The position numbers and the translations under genes were made by a program. Below the pieces are notes generated by a model. It had not been told where the DNA came from. It ran no database searches and was given only the letters and a program-made list of their open reading frames with translations. A stretch of DNA of 64,000 bases from Bacteroides sp. GTDB lineage: Bacteria; Bacteroidota; Bacteroidia; Bacteroidales; P3. The number at the start of each line of letters is the position of its first letter. The stretch's first letter is position 1. This document shows, in pieces, positions 9,255 through 20,200 of this stretch. Location: the NCBI GenBank assembly GCA_023662825.1, contig JAMPIH010000005.1:72007-136006 (forward strand), written 5' to 3'.

Positions 9255-10328
9255 ATGAAAAATTCATTCAAGAAGGTGTCCTTTATGGCTGTTTTGCTGT
9301 TGGGCACGCTGATTGGCAACGCACAGGAAAACATGAAGGCGAAAAAAGAAAACAAAAATCCTTGGGGTTTGGTTTACCGTGATGCCATTACGGTAAATGA
9401 GGCGGGAAAGGTGAATATCCATCCCGTTTCTTATGATTTGAACGGCTTGAAAATCGCCGCCAACATCTATACGCCGGCCGTATATGATTCCACGGGCGGT
9501 TATCCTGCCTTGGTGGTGGCACATCCCAATGGCGGGGTAAAGGAACAGGTGGCGGGGCTGTACGGTCAGCGCATGGCTGAGCACGGCTATGTCTGCCTGG
9601 TGTTCGACGCCGCCTATCAGGGGGCGAGCGAAGGTGAACCCAGACAGACGGATAAACCCGCCAACCGGGTGGAAGATATCCGGCGGGCCGCCGATATATT
9701 GTCGCGCTACCCGGGCGTGGATTCGCGGCGGTTGGGTGTTCTCGGTATCTGCGGCGGTGGCGGCTATACGCTTAAGGCCGCCCAGACCGACAAACGGTTC
9801 AAGGCGGTGGCCACGCTCAGTATGTTCAATACGGGATTGGTGCGTCGGAACGGTTTTCTCGACGCGCAGATAAACACCGTGCAGGAACGGCTTGCCGAGG
9901 CTTCCGTTGCCCGGCAGAAAGAGGCGGAGGGCGGAGAGCCTGAGTATGTGGGCGACATGAGCGGCGTAACGCCCGAACAGGCGGCGCGGCTTCCGTTCGA
10001 CTTGTACCGCGAGGGTTACGAATACTACCTGCAGAGCCACGCGCATCCCAATTCAACCTTCCGCTATACGAAAGGCAGTCTGCTCGATCTGATGGCGTTC
10101 GATGCCTCCGAAGGCATGTATCTTATCGAATGTCCGTTGTTGATGATGGCCGGCAGCCTTGCCGACACCTACTACATGACCGAGCGTTGCTACAGTCAGG
10201 CCACCGGCACGCGAAACAAGGAAATGTTCCTGATTCCCGGCGCTACCCACATCAAGACCTACTATGTTCCCGAATATGTAAATCAGGCGGTGGGCAAACT
10301 GACGGAATTTTTTGATAAGAATCTATAA
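9255..10328 (+). CDS. Secreted alpha/beta hydrolase (dienelactone-hydrolase-like, GxCxG nucleophile elbow)
   Basis: Signal peptide; GICGGGGYT elbow; ATG at 9255 lies 5 nt after the upstream stop. Confidence 0.65.
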   Translation: MKNSFKKVSFMAVLLLGTLIGNAQENMKAKKENKNPWGLVYRDAITVNEAGKVNIHPVSYDLNGLKIAANIYTPAVYDSTGGYPALVVAHPNGGVKEQVAGLYGQRMAEHGYVCLVFDAAYQGASEGEPRQTDKPANRVEDIRRAADILSRYPGVDSRRLGVLGICGGGGYTLKAAQTDKRFKAVATLSMFNTGLVRRNGFLDAQINTVQERLAEASVARQKEAEGGEPEYVGDMSGVTPEQAARLPFDLYREGYEYYLQSHAHPNSTFRYTKGSLLDLMAFDASEGMYLIECPLLMMAGSLADTYYMTERCYSQATGTRNKEMFLIPGATHIKTYYVPEYVNQAVGKLTEFFDKNL

Positions 10329-10464
10329 AACGAAACCTCAAACTTCGATGAACGCCTCGCCGTCCCGATAGCGAGCCTGTGGGCATGGCATTCCGTGTCC
10401 CGCATAGGTCTTGCCGAAATCAAGGGATTTTTTACCTTTGTGTTTCAGCATACTATGCGGTGAT

Positions 10465-11271
10465 ATGGAAGAACGGAAAGATATATTCGTTACCGACAGG
10501 CCCGGCGGGGTTAGCGTGGGGGCGGACGAAGGTTACCTTGCGCATCTGTTCTGTCTGGGCGGCAGCTGCCGCTTTACGTTCAACGGCAAGGATTTTTGCG
10601 TGGAGGCGGGCGACCTTTCGATTGTGCGTAAGCGGAATCTGATAGGGAACGTGCGCTATTCCAAGGATTTTCGCGCCAAGGTGATTTACGCCCGTCCCGG
10701 TTTCCTTGAGTTGTGCACGCCCCAGAGCAACTACGGCATGAAAGGTTCGCTGGCCCTGTTCCTGAATCCGGTCATGCGCCTCTCGCCCGAACAGCAGGCG
10801 GTCTGCCTGCGCGATTTTGCTTTGCTGGAAGCGCGCATCAACGACACCGCCCACCGTTTCTATCGCGAGATGCTGATAAACTCCATGCAGACGGCCATCC
10901 TCGACTTTTTCGATTTCCATGCCCGGATTTACGGCGAGAGCGACGTTTCCACGCAGAACGCCTCCATCATGAACCGTTTCCTTAAGATGTTGGAAGCGGG
11001 CACCTACCGCAAGCACCGCGAGGTGGCCTATTACGCTGACTGCCTGTGCGTAACGCCCAAATACCTCTCGGAAGTGTCGAAAAAGGTGAGCGGTTTCGCG
11101 GCCAATCACTGGATAAACCGCTACACGGCCCTCGATATCGCCCGCTTGCTGCGCGACAAGTCGCTCACCTTCGTAGAGATTTCCGACCTGTTTGGCTTCT
11201 CCTCCCAAGCCTACTTCAGCCGCTACGTGCAGAAGAACTTAGGGATCGCCCCCACCGATTACCGAAAATAG
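10465..11271 (+). CDS. AraC family transcriptional regulator
   Basis: C-terminal AraC HTH (...FSSQAYFSRYVQKNLGIAPTDYRK); TAccTTTG -7-like box at 10433-10440. Confidence 0.8.
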   Translation: MEERKDIFVTDRPGGVSVGADEGYLAHLFCLGGSCRFTFNGKDFCVEAGDLSIVRKRNLIGNVRYSKDFRAKVIYARPGFLELCTPQSNYGMKGSLALFLNPVMRLSPEQQAVCLRDFALLEARINDTAHRFYREMLINSMQTAILDFFDFHARIYGESDVSTQNASIMNRFLKMLEAGTYRKHREVAYYADCLCVTPKYLSEVSKKVSGFAANHWINRYTALDIARLLRDKSLTFVEISDLFGFSSQAYFSRYVQKNLGIAPTDYRK

Positions 11272-11285
11272 AAACACACGATACT

Positions 11286-11609
11286 ATGAACTGGATAATC
11301 CTGATAATAGCGGGCTTGTTCGAGGCCGGATTCGCCTTTTGCCTGGGCAAGATGAAAGAAGTGTCGGGCACCGAATACTATCTGTGGGGCGCGGGCTTTC
11401 TGCTGTGCCTCGCGCTCAGCATGGTGTTGCTGGCCAAGGCGGTGCAGACCCTGCCCATCAGCGTGGCCTATCCCGTGTGGACGGGCATCGGCGCGGTGGG
11501 CACCGTGTTGCTGGGCATTTTCTTCTTCCACGAACCGGTGTCCGTGGCCCGCGTATTCTTTATCGTGCTGCTGATAGGCTCTGTGGTCGGGCTCAAATGC
11601 GTGTCGTAA
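11286..11609 (+). CDS. sugE: SMR family small multidrug/guanidinium exporter (SugE/Gdx-like)
   Basis: 107 aa with four TM segments; the start overlaps the araC-family stop. Confidence 0.8.
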   Translation: MNWIILIIAGLFEAGFAFCLGKMKEVSGTEYYLWGAGFLLCLALSMVLLAKAVQTLPISVAYPVWTGIGAVGTVLLGIFFFHEPVSVARVFFIVLLIGSVVGLKCVS

Positions 11610-11686
11610 AGATTTCTCCCCGGAAACGAAGAGGTGAATTTCTGTAAGAGCATCCCGCGGGTCGGCGGCCAAAATCGGGTCCGGCG

Positions 11687-12718
11687 TTAGAATGGCTCCT
11701 TTTCAAGCAATCGATCCAACTGGGCTTGAAGTTCCTCTCTTTTGGGCAGATAAAGTTGGTATTTTGCTGCAAAAAGTTGATTTGTATTATCTTGCAGCGC
11801 ATATTCCATAAGAAGTTCATCTTTCTTTGCCCCAAGTACAATGCCGATAGGGGGGTTATCGTCCGGTTGGCAAATTTCGGTCTTGAAGTAGTTGATGTAC
11901 AGATTCATTTGCCCAATGTCATTGTGTCTTATTTCTGCCCGTTTAAGGTCTATCAGCACATAACATTTCAGGATGCAATGATAAAACACCAAATCAACCT
12001 TGAAGCATCTGCTCCCTATCTGCATTGTGTATTGTCGTCCGATAAATGCAAAACCGCGTCCCAGCTCCAATAGGAATTGTTCCATATTTGCTTTGAGTGC
12101 GGCCTCCAAGTCACATTCCCTATATCGCTTCCTTGCAGGCAATCCCGTAAATTCCAGCACATAAGGATCATGTATTATATCTTGCGGCGTAAGCACCTGA
12201 TGTCCTTCATTGGCTAAAGCTAAAATACCTTCTTTGTCTGTGCTCAATGCCAACCGTTGAAATAAGGAACTTTTTATCTGTCGTTTAAGTTCACGTACCT
12301 TCCATCCTTCCTGGATGGCTTGCTTAAAGTAGAATTGCATTTCCAATGGGTCATCGCATTTCAGTAATTCGAAATAGTGACTCCAAGACAATTTGTGAGA
12401 CAGTGTTTCACAAATTGGAAATGCTACATATAACTTACGCATATAGTTTAGGTTGGAGCGGCTGAAGCCTTTTCCTCGTGCTAATGTCAGATCCTTTGAT
12501 AGGTTGACCAATAGTTGCTTGCCGTACTCGGCTCTGGCAGCTCCTTTCTGTTCGAACTCTACGATGTATTGTCCCGTTTTCCAATTGGCTTCAAGGAGGT
12601 TGGTATTTACAGCGGTTATGGCTTTTTCCTTTGCTGTATCCCATAAGCCGATAATGCGGTCAACAAGTTCATCATATCCTTTGCCGTTATTATGCGTTGT
12701 CGTTATGTCTTGACCCAT
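11687..12718 (-). CDS. DUF1016 (YhcG-like) PDDEXK nuclease-domain protein, paralog 1
   Basis: YhcG_N-like N-terminus and a PDDEXK-like C-terminus (VDLVFY..YVLIDLK); AT-rich; conserved leader with GAGGAGG just upstream of ATG 12718; an alternative upstream ATG at 12766. Confidence 0.75.
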   Translation of the reverse strand: MGQDITTTHNNGKGYDELVDRIIGLWDTAKEKAITAVNTNLLEANWKTGQYIVEFEQKGAARAEYGKQLLVNLSKDLTLARGKGFSRSNLNYMRKLYVAFPICETLSHKLSWSHYFELLKCDDPLEMQFYFKQAIQEGWKVRELKRQIKSSLFQRLALSTDKEGILALANEGHQVLTPQDIIHDPYVLEFTGLPARKRYRECDLEAALKANMEQFLLELGRGFAFIGRQYTMQIGSRCFKVDLVFYHCILKCYVLIDLKRAEIRHNDIGQMNLYINYFKTEICQPDDNPPIGIVLGAKKDELLMEYALQDNTNQLFAAKYQLYLPKREELQAQLDRLLEKEPF

Positions 12719-12814
12719 TTCAGTCCTCCTCAAATTCTCGGTGTTGTCGGTAATTTCAATTTCCATAAGTTTTTCGGGGCCATGGAAACAAAAGGGTTCG
12801 GCAAGGCCGGAAGT

Positions 12815-14593
12815 TCATCGTTTAACGATCTTGTGGCGGACAGTGGCGCCATTCCCGTCTGTGGCCTCCAATACGTAAACGCCGGCGGGAAGTTGGCTCA
12901 TGTCGATTTCCCTTGCACCGCCCCGTACGCGCAGTCGCTCGTTTCCCTGTAGATCCAACAGACGCAAACCAAGAACGTTCGCCGCGTCCTCTCCTCCATC
13001 TTGCACCTTAATGTAGAGGGTAGTCCCACAAGGATTGGGATAAGCAGAGAGCACCGTCCGGGGCAGGCGCGTTGTGTTGGAGAGCGTGTCGCCGCCCGGA
13101 ATTTCCTCCCGGACGACATATCGGGCGGTGGCCACCGCCGAGTTGATCCAGCCGTCCTTCATTGCCATAGCCTTGATTACAAGAGAGTCCTGGATTGCGA
13201 TGCCGTCGGTGTAGAGCGCCGAGTTCTCGGTGGGCGTGCTGCCGTCGAGGGTATAGCGGATTTGTGCGTTCTCGGTGGCGCAGGAGATTCGAATCCTTGT
13301 TCCCTTTTCCACCGTGTCTTTTTTCGGTTCGAATACCGGTATGTCGCAAGTGTCGGGGAGGGCGGGAAGTTCGACGGAAACGTGATAGGAAACGCTTACA
13401 GGCGTGTTTTCCTGTCGGAAAGGCGCAAAATAGACAGGCGTATGGCAATGGGTCAGGATACCGCTGTTTTGTAATTGAACCCTATAGTTCCCGCTTCTTT
13501 TGAAAATCAGGAAGCCTTCGGAGAAGGTGTAGTCGGTTCCCTCGCGCAAGGTGTCCTTGCTCTCTTCATCATATACGTTGCATTGCGTGGCGGTATTTTC
13601 AAAATAGGCTTCCGGCCGCAAATCGAGCGTGTCGATGCGTATCGGGTCAAGATACAGGTGCTGGTTGGAAGTGTAGTGCCAGAAGGCGGTGTCCAGGTGG
13701 GCGAAAGAGGCATCGAACCATTGCGTCACGGCAAGGTTCCGGGCTAAGGAAAGGGCGTTGTTTGCGGCATACAGGCATTGCAGCCGGGAGCAGTTGAAGA
13801 TGCCTAAGGTGTCCAGTCTGTTGTCGGCGCAGTGAAGGTATTCCAAGCGAGGGCAATTGTCCACTTCAAGGTAAGACAGATTGTTGTTGAAACATTCCAG
13901 CCATTGCAGGGAAGTGTCGTTGCTCACGTTCAGGGTTTTGAGGCGGTTGTTGCCGCAGTAGAGCCCTTGCAGTTTGGGGAGGCTGTCGGCGGTCAGCGAA
14001 TCCAGCCGGTTGTTGTAGCAGAAGATTTGCTGCAGTTTTTTGTTTCCTCTCAAATCCAAGGAACTCAGTTGGTTGTTGTAGCAATCCAACCAATAGAGTT
14101 GCGGGTTTCGGTTCAGGTTCAGCTGTTCCAGCAAGTTGAACGAACAGTTCAGTTCCTGTAAGTCGCTGTTGGCGCTCACATCCAGTACGGAAAGCCGGTT
14201 TTGGGCGCAGTTCAGTTCCTGCAGGGCAAGGTTGCGGCTTACATCCAAGGCGGTAAGTTGGTTGCCCGGACAATGCAAGGTTTGCAAGGTCTCGATTTCG
14301 CTTACATCCAGGCTTTTGATACCGGAAATGCGCAGGGCGGTGAGCTTTCCTCCTGAAGCATAAACTTTGCACGGGGTTTGGTCGGGCAGGGCCGACAGTT
14401 CCAGCGGTATGTCGGAAAGCACATGTGTCTGCGGGGCAGAGTCTCCGCATTCCAATACGACTGTCGTGTTCTCATCGCCGCGCAGGCTCAATTGGGCCGA
14501 TTCGGAGGTCTCAAAACGTATCGTGTCGGCGGTCTGACCGAAAACGGGCGAAAAACATGCGAAGACAAGGCCTAAGAATCCATAGGGTTTCAT
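12815..14593 (-). CDS. Leucine-rich-repeat surface protein with a chitobiase/beta-hexosaminidase C-terminal-like domain and a T9SS C-terminal sorting domain
   Basis: Signal peptide; ~12 LRRs (LQELNC..NRLSVLDVS); C-terminal Por_Secre_tail-like beta-sandwich. Confidence 0.75.
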   Translation of the reverse strand: MKPYGFLGLVFACFSPVFGQTADTIRFETSESAQLSLRGDENTTVVLECGDSAPQTHVLSDIPLELSALPDQTPCKVYASGGKLTALRISGIKSLDVSEIETLQTLHCPGNQLTALDVSRNLALQELNCAQNRLSVLDVSANSDLQELNCSFNLLEQLNLNRNPQLYWLDCYNNQLSSLDLRGNKKLQQIFCYNNRLDSLTADSLPKLQGLYCGNNRLKTLNVSNDTSLQWLECFNNNLSYLEVDNCPRLEYLHCADNRLDTLGIFNCSRLQCLYAANNALSLARNLAVTQWFDASFAHLDTAFWHYTSNQHLYLDPIRIDTLDLRPEAYFENTATQCNVYDEESKDTLREGTDYTFSEGFLIFKRSGNYRVQLQNSGILTHCHTPVYFAPFRQENTPVSVSYHVSVELPALPDTCDIPVFEPKKDTVEKGTRIRISCATENAQIRYTLDGSTPTENSALYTDGIAIQDSLVIKAMAMKDGWINSAVATARYVVREEIPGGDTLSNTTRLPRTVLSAYPNPCGTTLYIKVQDGGEDAANVLGLRLLDLQGNERLRVRGGAREIDMSQLPAGVYVLEATDGNGATVRHKIVKR

Positions 14594-14719
14594 ATCGGGA
14601 AGGTTTAAGGGTGAACAATGCTTTTCTTAACGCAGCGTAAAAGTAGTAAAATGCACTCAATTCCGCTGTTTATATAGGGAAACGAAATATGGAGCAGATC
14701 TTTTACCGCAGGATGATTA

Positions 14720-15814
14720 CTATTCGTTTTCTTCCAGTTTCTTTAATTCTTCATTTTCTTCAAACTCTTCAATCCATTCCTTCACCTTGGCTTGCAATAA
14801 AGCCTTGTTGGGGAGATAAAGCTGATAGGCAGAAGCATAGATATTGGCCTCCTTAGGCAAGGTGAGTTCCACAAGTGCATCGTTCTTCTCCTTGCACAGC
14901 AGAATGCCGATTGTCGGCTTTTCAAAATCTTGTTTGACATAGCGGTCATAATAGTTGACATACATCTGCATCTGTCCAAGATCTTGGTGAGTAAGTTTGT
15001 CTATCTTCAAATCTATAAGTACATAGCATTGCAGCAAACGATTATAGAACACTAAGTCAACAAAGAAATGCTGTTCATCGAATGTGAACCGTTTCTGCCT
15101 CGCTTCAAAAAGGAACCCTTTGCCGAGTTCTAATAGAAATTGCTGCATCTTGTTGATGATGGCATTCTCTAATTTCGATTCCGAGTAGGCGGCATCGGAT
15201 TTCAGACCGAGAAACTCCAATGTGATGGGATTCTTGATGATGTCCGATGGTTTTTCGATGGTCTGTCCCTCTCGTGCCAACCGCATTACTTCGGCTTTGT
15301 TACGGCTCAATGCAAGGCGCTCGTAGAGGCTACTGCCTATCTGACGGCTGAGCTGTCGTACGCTCCATTGTTGCTCGGCACATTCTATTTCATAGAAACT
15401 GCGGGCATCGGGATTCTCGATGCGCATAAGAATAAGATAATGAGACCACGAAAGGGAGAACGCGGGAATCTGTTCTATGTAGGAGGTGTTTTCAATTTGA
15501 TGAACACCGTTTATCAAATTGGCATAGACCAAATAAAACTGTCGGATTTGACGCAAATAGGGATACGACCATCCGTCCCCAAACCTATCCGTCAGACGCT
15601 TGGATAATTCTTGCAATACTGCTTTTCCGTATTCGGCTCTCGTGGCACCTTTCTGTTCATATTCCACTATGTATTGTCCGATATGATACTTGGTATAGAC
15701 CTCTGCCACGTTGACGGCGGTGGACACACGTTTTCTAGCCTGTTCTACAAGGTCTGCTACCTTTTGAAACAGGGTGTTCATATCATGGATGTTTGCGGCG
15801 ATGTCTTGTCCCAT
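14720..15814 (-). CDS. DUF1016 (YhcG-like) PDDEXK nuclease-domain protein, paralog 2
   Basis: ~40% identical to paralog 1; the same conserved leader precedes ATG 15814; the longer track ORF (to 16030) has no nearby start codon. Confidence 0.75.
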   Translation of the reverse strand: MGQDIAANIHDMNTLFQKVADLVEQARKRVSTAVNVAEVYTKYHIGQYIVEYEQKGATRAEYGKAVLQELSKRLTDRFGDGWSYPYLRQIRQFYLVYANLINGVHQIENTSYIEQIPAFSLSWSHYLILMRIENPDARSFYEIECAEQQWSVRQLSRQIGSSLYERLALSRNKAEVMRLAREGQTIEKPSDIIKNPITLEFLGLKSDAAYSESKLENAIINKMQQFLLELGKGFLFEARQKRFTFDEQHFFVDLVFYNRLLQCYVLIDLKIDKLTHQDLGQMQMYVNYYDRYVKQDFEKPTIGILLCKEKNDALVELTLPKEANIYASAYQLYLPNKALLQAKVKEWIEEFEENEELKKLEENE

Positions 15815-15980
15815 TTCAGTCCTCCTCAATTTCTCGATATTATCAATAATTTCAACTTCAAAGGTAGTTTTTATTTGGTTCGGATACAAAGGAGGATTGG
15901 ATTCCCCAAAAATGGCATTTATGCCAACTTTTTGGAATGCTCGGCTTATGCGTATCTTCGCGTGGTAAAGAAAGCCTCCT

Positions 15981-16547
15981 ATGCAAACCCCGAACCCCGA
16001 CAAACCCCGCTGCTTCTGGGCGAACCCCAAGAATCCCCTTTATATTGAATATCACGACAAGGAATGGGGCGTGCCCGAACACGACGACCGAAAATTGTTC
16101 GAAATGCTGATTCTCGAGGGCTTTCAGGCCGGTCTGTCGTGGGAGTGCGTGCTCAACAAGCGCGAGGCCTTCCGCCGTGTCTTTGCCGGTTTCGACCCCG
16201 GGAAAGTGGCCGCGTTCACCGAAGCGCAACAGGAAAGACTGATGGCCGAGCCCGGCATCATCCGCAACCGCCTCAAGATAAAGGCCGCCACCATTAACGC
16301 ACAGATTTTCTTGAAAATCCAGGCCGAGTTCGGTTCGTTCGACGCCTATCTGCAAGGCTTCACGCAAGGCAAGACACTTTACGAAACGGGCAAGGCTAGC
16401 AACGCCCTCTCGGACGCCCTTTCCAGAGACCTGAGGAAGCGCGGCATGAAATTCGTGGGAACCACCATCGTCTACGCCTTCCTGCAAGCCGTCGGCGCAA
16501 TAAATTCGCACGAAAAGGATTGCTTTCTGTACTGCGGCAGGAACTGA
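15981..16547 (+). CDS. tag: DNA-3-methyladenine glycosylase I
   Basis: Strong Tag family match (EYHDKEWGVP, FEMLILEGFQAGLSW). Confidence 0.9.
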   Translation: MQTPNPDKPRCFWANPKNPLYIEYHDKEWGVPEHDDRKLFEMLILEGFQAGLSWECVLNKREAFRRVFAGFDPGKVAAFTEAQQERLMAEPGIIRNRLKIKAATINAQIFLKIQAEFGSFDAYLQGFTQGKTLYETGKASNALSDALSRDLRKRGMKFVGTTIVYAFLQAVGAINSHEKDCFLYCGRN

Positions 16548-16673
16548 TACAGAACGGCTTAATAAGGCCTGTTTCCGATTTACCCCTTCCCGGGCAGTTC
16601 CCCGTGTCGGAAAACATTGCAAAAGTGCCCGTAAAAAGGTAAATTTGCCCACTTTTAACAGCGCGAGAAAAGC

Positions 16674-17261
16674 ATGTACGCATACATAGAAGGCAAGGTG
16701 GCCGAACAAAACCCGGCATGTGTCACCATCGACTGCGGGGGGGTCGGCTACGAGATCAACATATCGCTCCATACCTACTCGCAAATCAAAGACAAGGCTA
16801 CGGCACGGCTTTGGGTGTATCAGGCGGTGCGCGAGGATGCCCTGTTGCTTTTCGGGTTTGCGGACAAGACGGAAAAAGAACTCTTCCTGCAACTTATCTC
16901 GGTTTCGGGCGTGGGGGCCAATACGGCAAGGGTCATCCTTTCCACCCTGGGACCCGAACTTACGGCGCGCGCCATATTGGACGGCGACGTAAAGAAGGTT
17001 CAGTCCGTAAAGGGAATAGGCTTGAAGACGGCCCAGCGCATTATCGTCGATCTGCGCGACCGCCTGGCCAAGATGGACTTTTCCTCCGCCAATCCTTCGC
17101 TTTTGCCGCAGCTCCGCCCCGAACGGGAAGAAGCCGTGGCTGCACTGGTTACATTGGGTTTCGCCCGCGCCTCCGTAGAAAAGACGGTGGACGGCCTTTT
17201 GGCGAAAGAACCCGATTTGAACACGGAGAGCATGATCAAACAAGCGTTGCGGATGCTGTAA
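16674..17261 (+). CDS. ruvA: Holliday junction branch-migration protein RuvA
   Basis: MYAYIEGKV...GVGYEI N-terminus and HhH domains. Confidence 0.9.
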   Translation: MYAYIEGKVAEQNPACVTIDCGGVGYEINISLHTYSQIKDKATARLWVYQAVREDALLLFGFADKTEKELFLQLISVSGVGANTARVILSTLGPELTARAILDGDVKKVQSVKGIGLKTAQRIIVDLRDRLAKMDFSSANPSLLPQLRPEREEAVAALVTLGFARASVEKTVDGLLAKEPDLNTESMIKQALRML

Positions 17262-17286
17262 GGGCATACTCCTTGAGTTATTTGTT

Positions 17287-20200
17287 ATGTGGAAGTATTG
17301 GTTCTGCAGCATATTGGCAATCGTAACCGCCTGGGTCCTTTCCGCAGGGGTGGCCTTGTCGTATGCCGCCACGTCGGTCTATAAACCGCTTGCCCTGCCG
17401 CCCTCCTGGGAGGATATGCCGGGTGTGGCGGAGCGGCTGTATAACGCCTTTTACGAAAGCCCCGGGGCAACGGATTATCCCGCCGTGCCCTATGCCGCCG
17501 ACTTCGTGCAGGACGATTCCCTGCGCTATCCCATTCCCCAGACCCCGCCCAACGAAGACCTTCCCGAAGACAAGAGCCTCTATCTCAAGACCAATATCGT
17601 GGAGGAAGCCTCCTACGACCCCAAGACGAACGAATACGTGCTGACCCGCAAGATGGGCGACGTGGTGCTCTCGCGCCGTCACATGACGATGGACGAGTAC
17701 GTGAAGTTCACCAGCCAGAAGGCTGTGCGCGACTACTGGAAGAGCAAGGCCGACTATACCCCCACCACTTCTTCAGGTCTGAGCGGCCTCATACCGGGTC
17801 TGAACCTCGACTTCTTGGACGAAAAATTGGGCAAGGACCTGATTAAGTTCGACATGAACGGATCCATCGGGCTGGAATTCGCCCTGGTGGGCACCCGCCG
17901 CGACGACCCCTCCCTGGACATCAAGCACCGCCGCACGTTCAACTTCGACTTCGACGCCGACATCAACGTGAACCTGAACGCCACGATTGCCGACCGCCTC
18001 AAGTTCAACATCAGCCACAACACGGAGGCCCTCTTTCAGTTCGACAACAAGTTCAAGCTTGAATACGAAGGCAAGGAAGACGAGATCGTAAAGAACATCA
18101 GCGCCGGGAACATCGACTTTCCGTTGAACACCACCCTCATAAGCGGGGTGCAGGAACTGTTCGGTATCAAGGCCAAGCTGCAGTTCGGCAAGACTTTCAT
18201 CACGGGCGTGTTCTCCGAACAGCGTTCCGAAAGCACCAATGTGCGCGTGGAAGGCGGGGCGCAGAGCACCGAGTTCGAACTCAAGGTGGACGAGTACGAA
18301 GAAAACCGCCACTTCTTTCTGGCGCAGTACTTCCGCGAACATTACCACGAGGCCTTGTCGGAACTGCCCTTGGTGAACAGCCGCCTCAAGATCACCAAAA
18401 TTGAAGTCTGGGTAACCAATATCGGCTCCCCGGTGCAGAACAACCGCAACATCGTTGCCTTTACCGACCTGGCCGAAAGCAAGCCGGTTACTCCGGGCGT
18501 GCGGGGCTACTCCTTCGTGCGCTATCCCGACCAAGACAGATCGAACAACCTCTTGACGGTTTTCCCCAAGAGCAGCCTGCGCAATCTCAATACGGTGGGG
18601 CAGTACCTGCAGGGGCGCGGCCTTACCAACGGCAAGGATTTCGAGAAAGTGGAGAGCGCCCGCCGTCTGGACGCGAATGAGTATTCGTTCAACCCCGCCT
18701 TGGGTTTCATCACGCTGAACCAGACCCTCAACAGCGACCAGGTGCTGGCCGTGGCCTTCCAGTATCAGATTGTGGGCGACACCACCGTGTACCAGGTGGG
18801 TGAGTTCTCCGACCAGGGCATCAACGACCCGCAGGTGCTGGTGGTCAAGTTGTTGAAATCGTCGGTGCTCAATACCGAGACCCCGCTCTGGGACCTGATG
18901 ATGAAGAACGTCTATTCGCTGAACACCTATCAGCTCAGCGGCGAGAATTTCCGCTTCAACATCATGTATTCGGGCAACGAACGGGGCGTTCCCAGCGGCT
19001 ATTTTTCTGATAAAGAATGCCCTGTTAGCGGCATTCCCCTGATCCAGGTGTTCGGCGTTGATAACCTCGACACCCGCCAGAACCGCAATCCCGATGGATT
19101 GTTCGACTATCTGGACGGCGCGGCGACCGGTGCAGGCTATATTCAGAGCGACAAGGGCCTGGTGTATTTCCCCTGGCCCGAGCCTTTCGGCAAGGACATG
19201 GTGGAGATGTTCGGCGGCGACAGCGTGTCGGCGGCCAAGTACCGCTACGACGAACTCTACCGCAAGACCAAGACCGAGGCGCAGCAGTACAGCGAGAAAA
19301 ACAAATACACCTTCGTGGGCAGCTACAAGTCATCGGGCGGCAGCGAAATCAGCCTGGGTGCCTACAACCTGCCCGAAGGTTCGGTAAAGGTGATGGCGGG
19401 CAACACGCCCCTGGTTGAGAACCAAGACTATACGGTAAACTATTCGGCCGGTATCGTGCAGATTATCAATCCCGGTGTGCTGGCCTCGGGCGTGCCCATC
19501 GACATCAAGACCGAAAGCCGTTCCAACAGCCTGCTCACCAAGCGAATGATGGGCTTGCGCGTGGAACACTTCTTCGACGAGCATTTCTACGTGGGCGCCA
19601 CGGTGATGAACCTGCGCCAGAGCACGCTGACCCAGAAGGTGAACTACGGCGAGGAACCCATCTCCAACACCATCTACGGCTTCGACGCCTCCTACGACCG
19701 CGAGAGCCGTTGGCTCACCAAGGCGGTGGACGCCATCCTGCCCTTCGAAGACAGCAAGGCACCCTCGCGCATCAGCCTCTACGGGGAATTTGCCCATTTC
19801 CTGCCGGGACACTCCCGCGCCATCGGCAAGTCAGGAACCACCTATATCGACGACTTCGAGAGCAGCAAGAGCACCATCAACATCAAGGAACCCTATTCGT
19901 GGTATCTGGCCAGTACGCCGCAGAAGCAGAACGACCTTTTTCCCGAATCCCAAGACCAGTACTCCACCACCACGGTTACGGGACGTAACCGCGCCAAACT
20001 GGCCTGGTACACGGTGGACCCCATTTTCTACAGCAGCGCGCGCCCCAAGAACATCAGCAAGGAAGACCTCTCCAACCACTATACGCGCCGGGTGCTGGTA
20101 AACGAAGTGTTCCCCGGCCGCCAGCTTTCCTCGAACGAGGCGCAGGCGCTCACCATCCTCAACGTGGCCTTCTATCCCTCCGAACGCGGGCCGTACAACT

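Noticed and set aside
12718-12766. N-terminal extension MEIEITDNTENLRRTE of DUF1016 paralog 1 suggested by the ORF track
   Set aside because: The equivalent region of paralog 2 has no start codon, so the conserved segment is better explained as a 5' leader; the ATG at 12718 (MGQDI...) is preferred, though translation of the extension in paralog 1 cannot be excluded.
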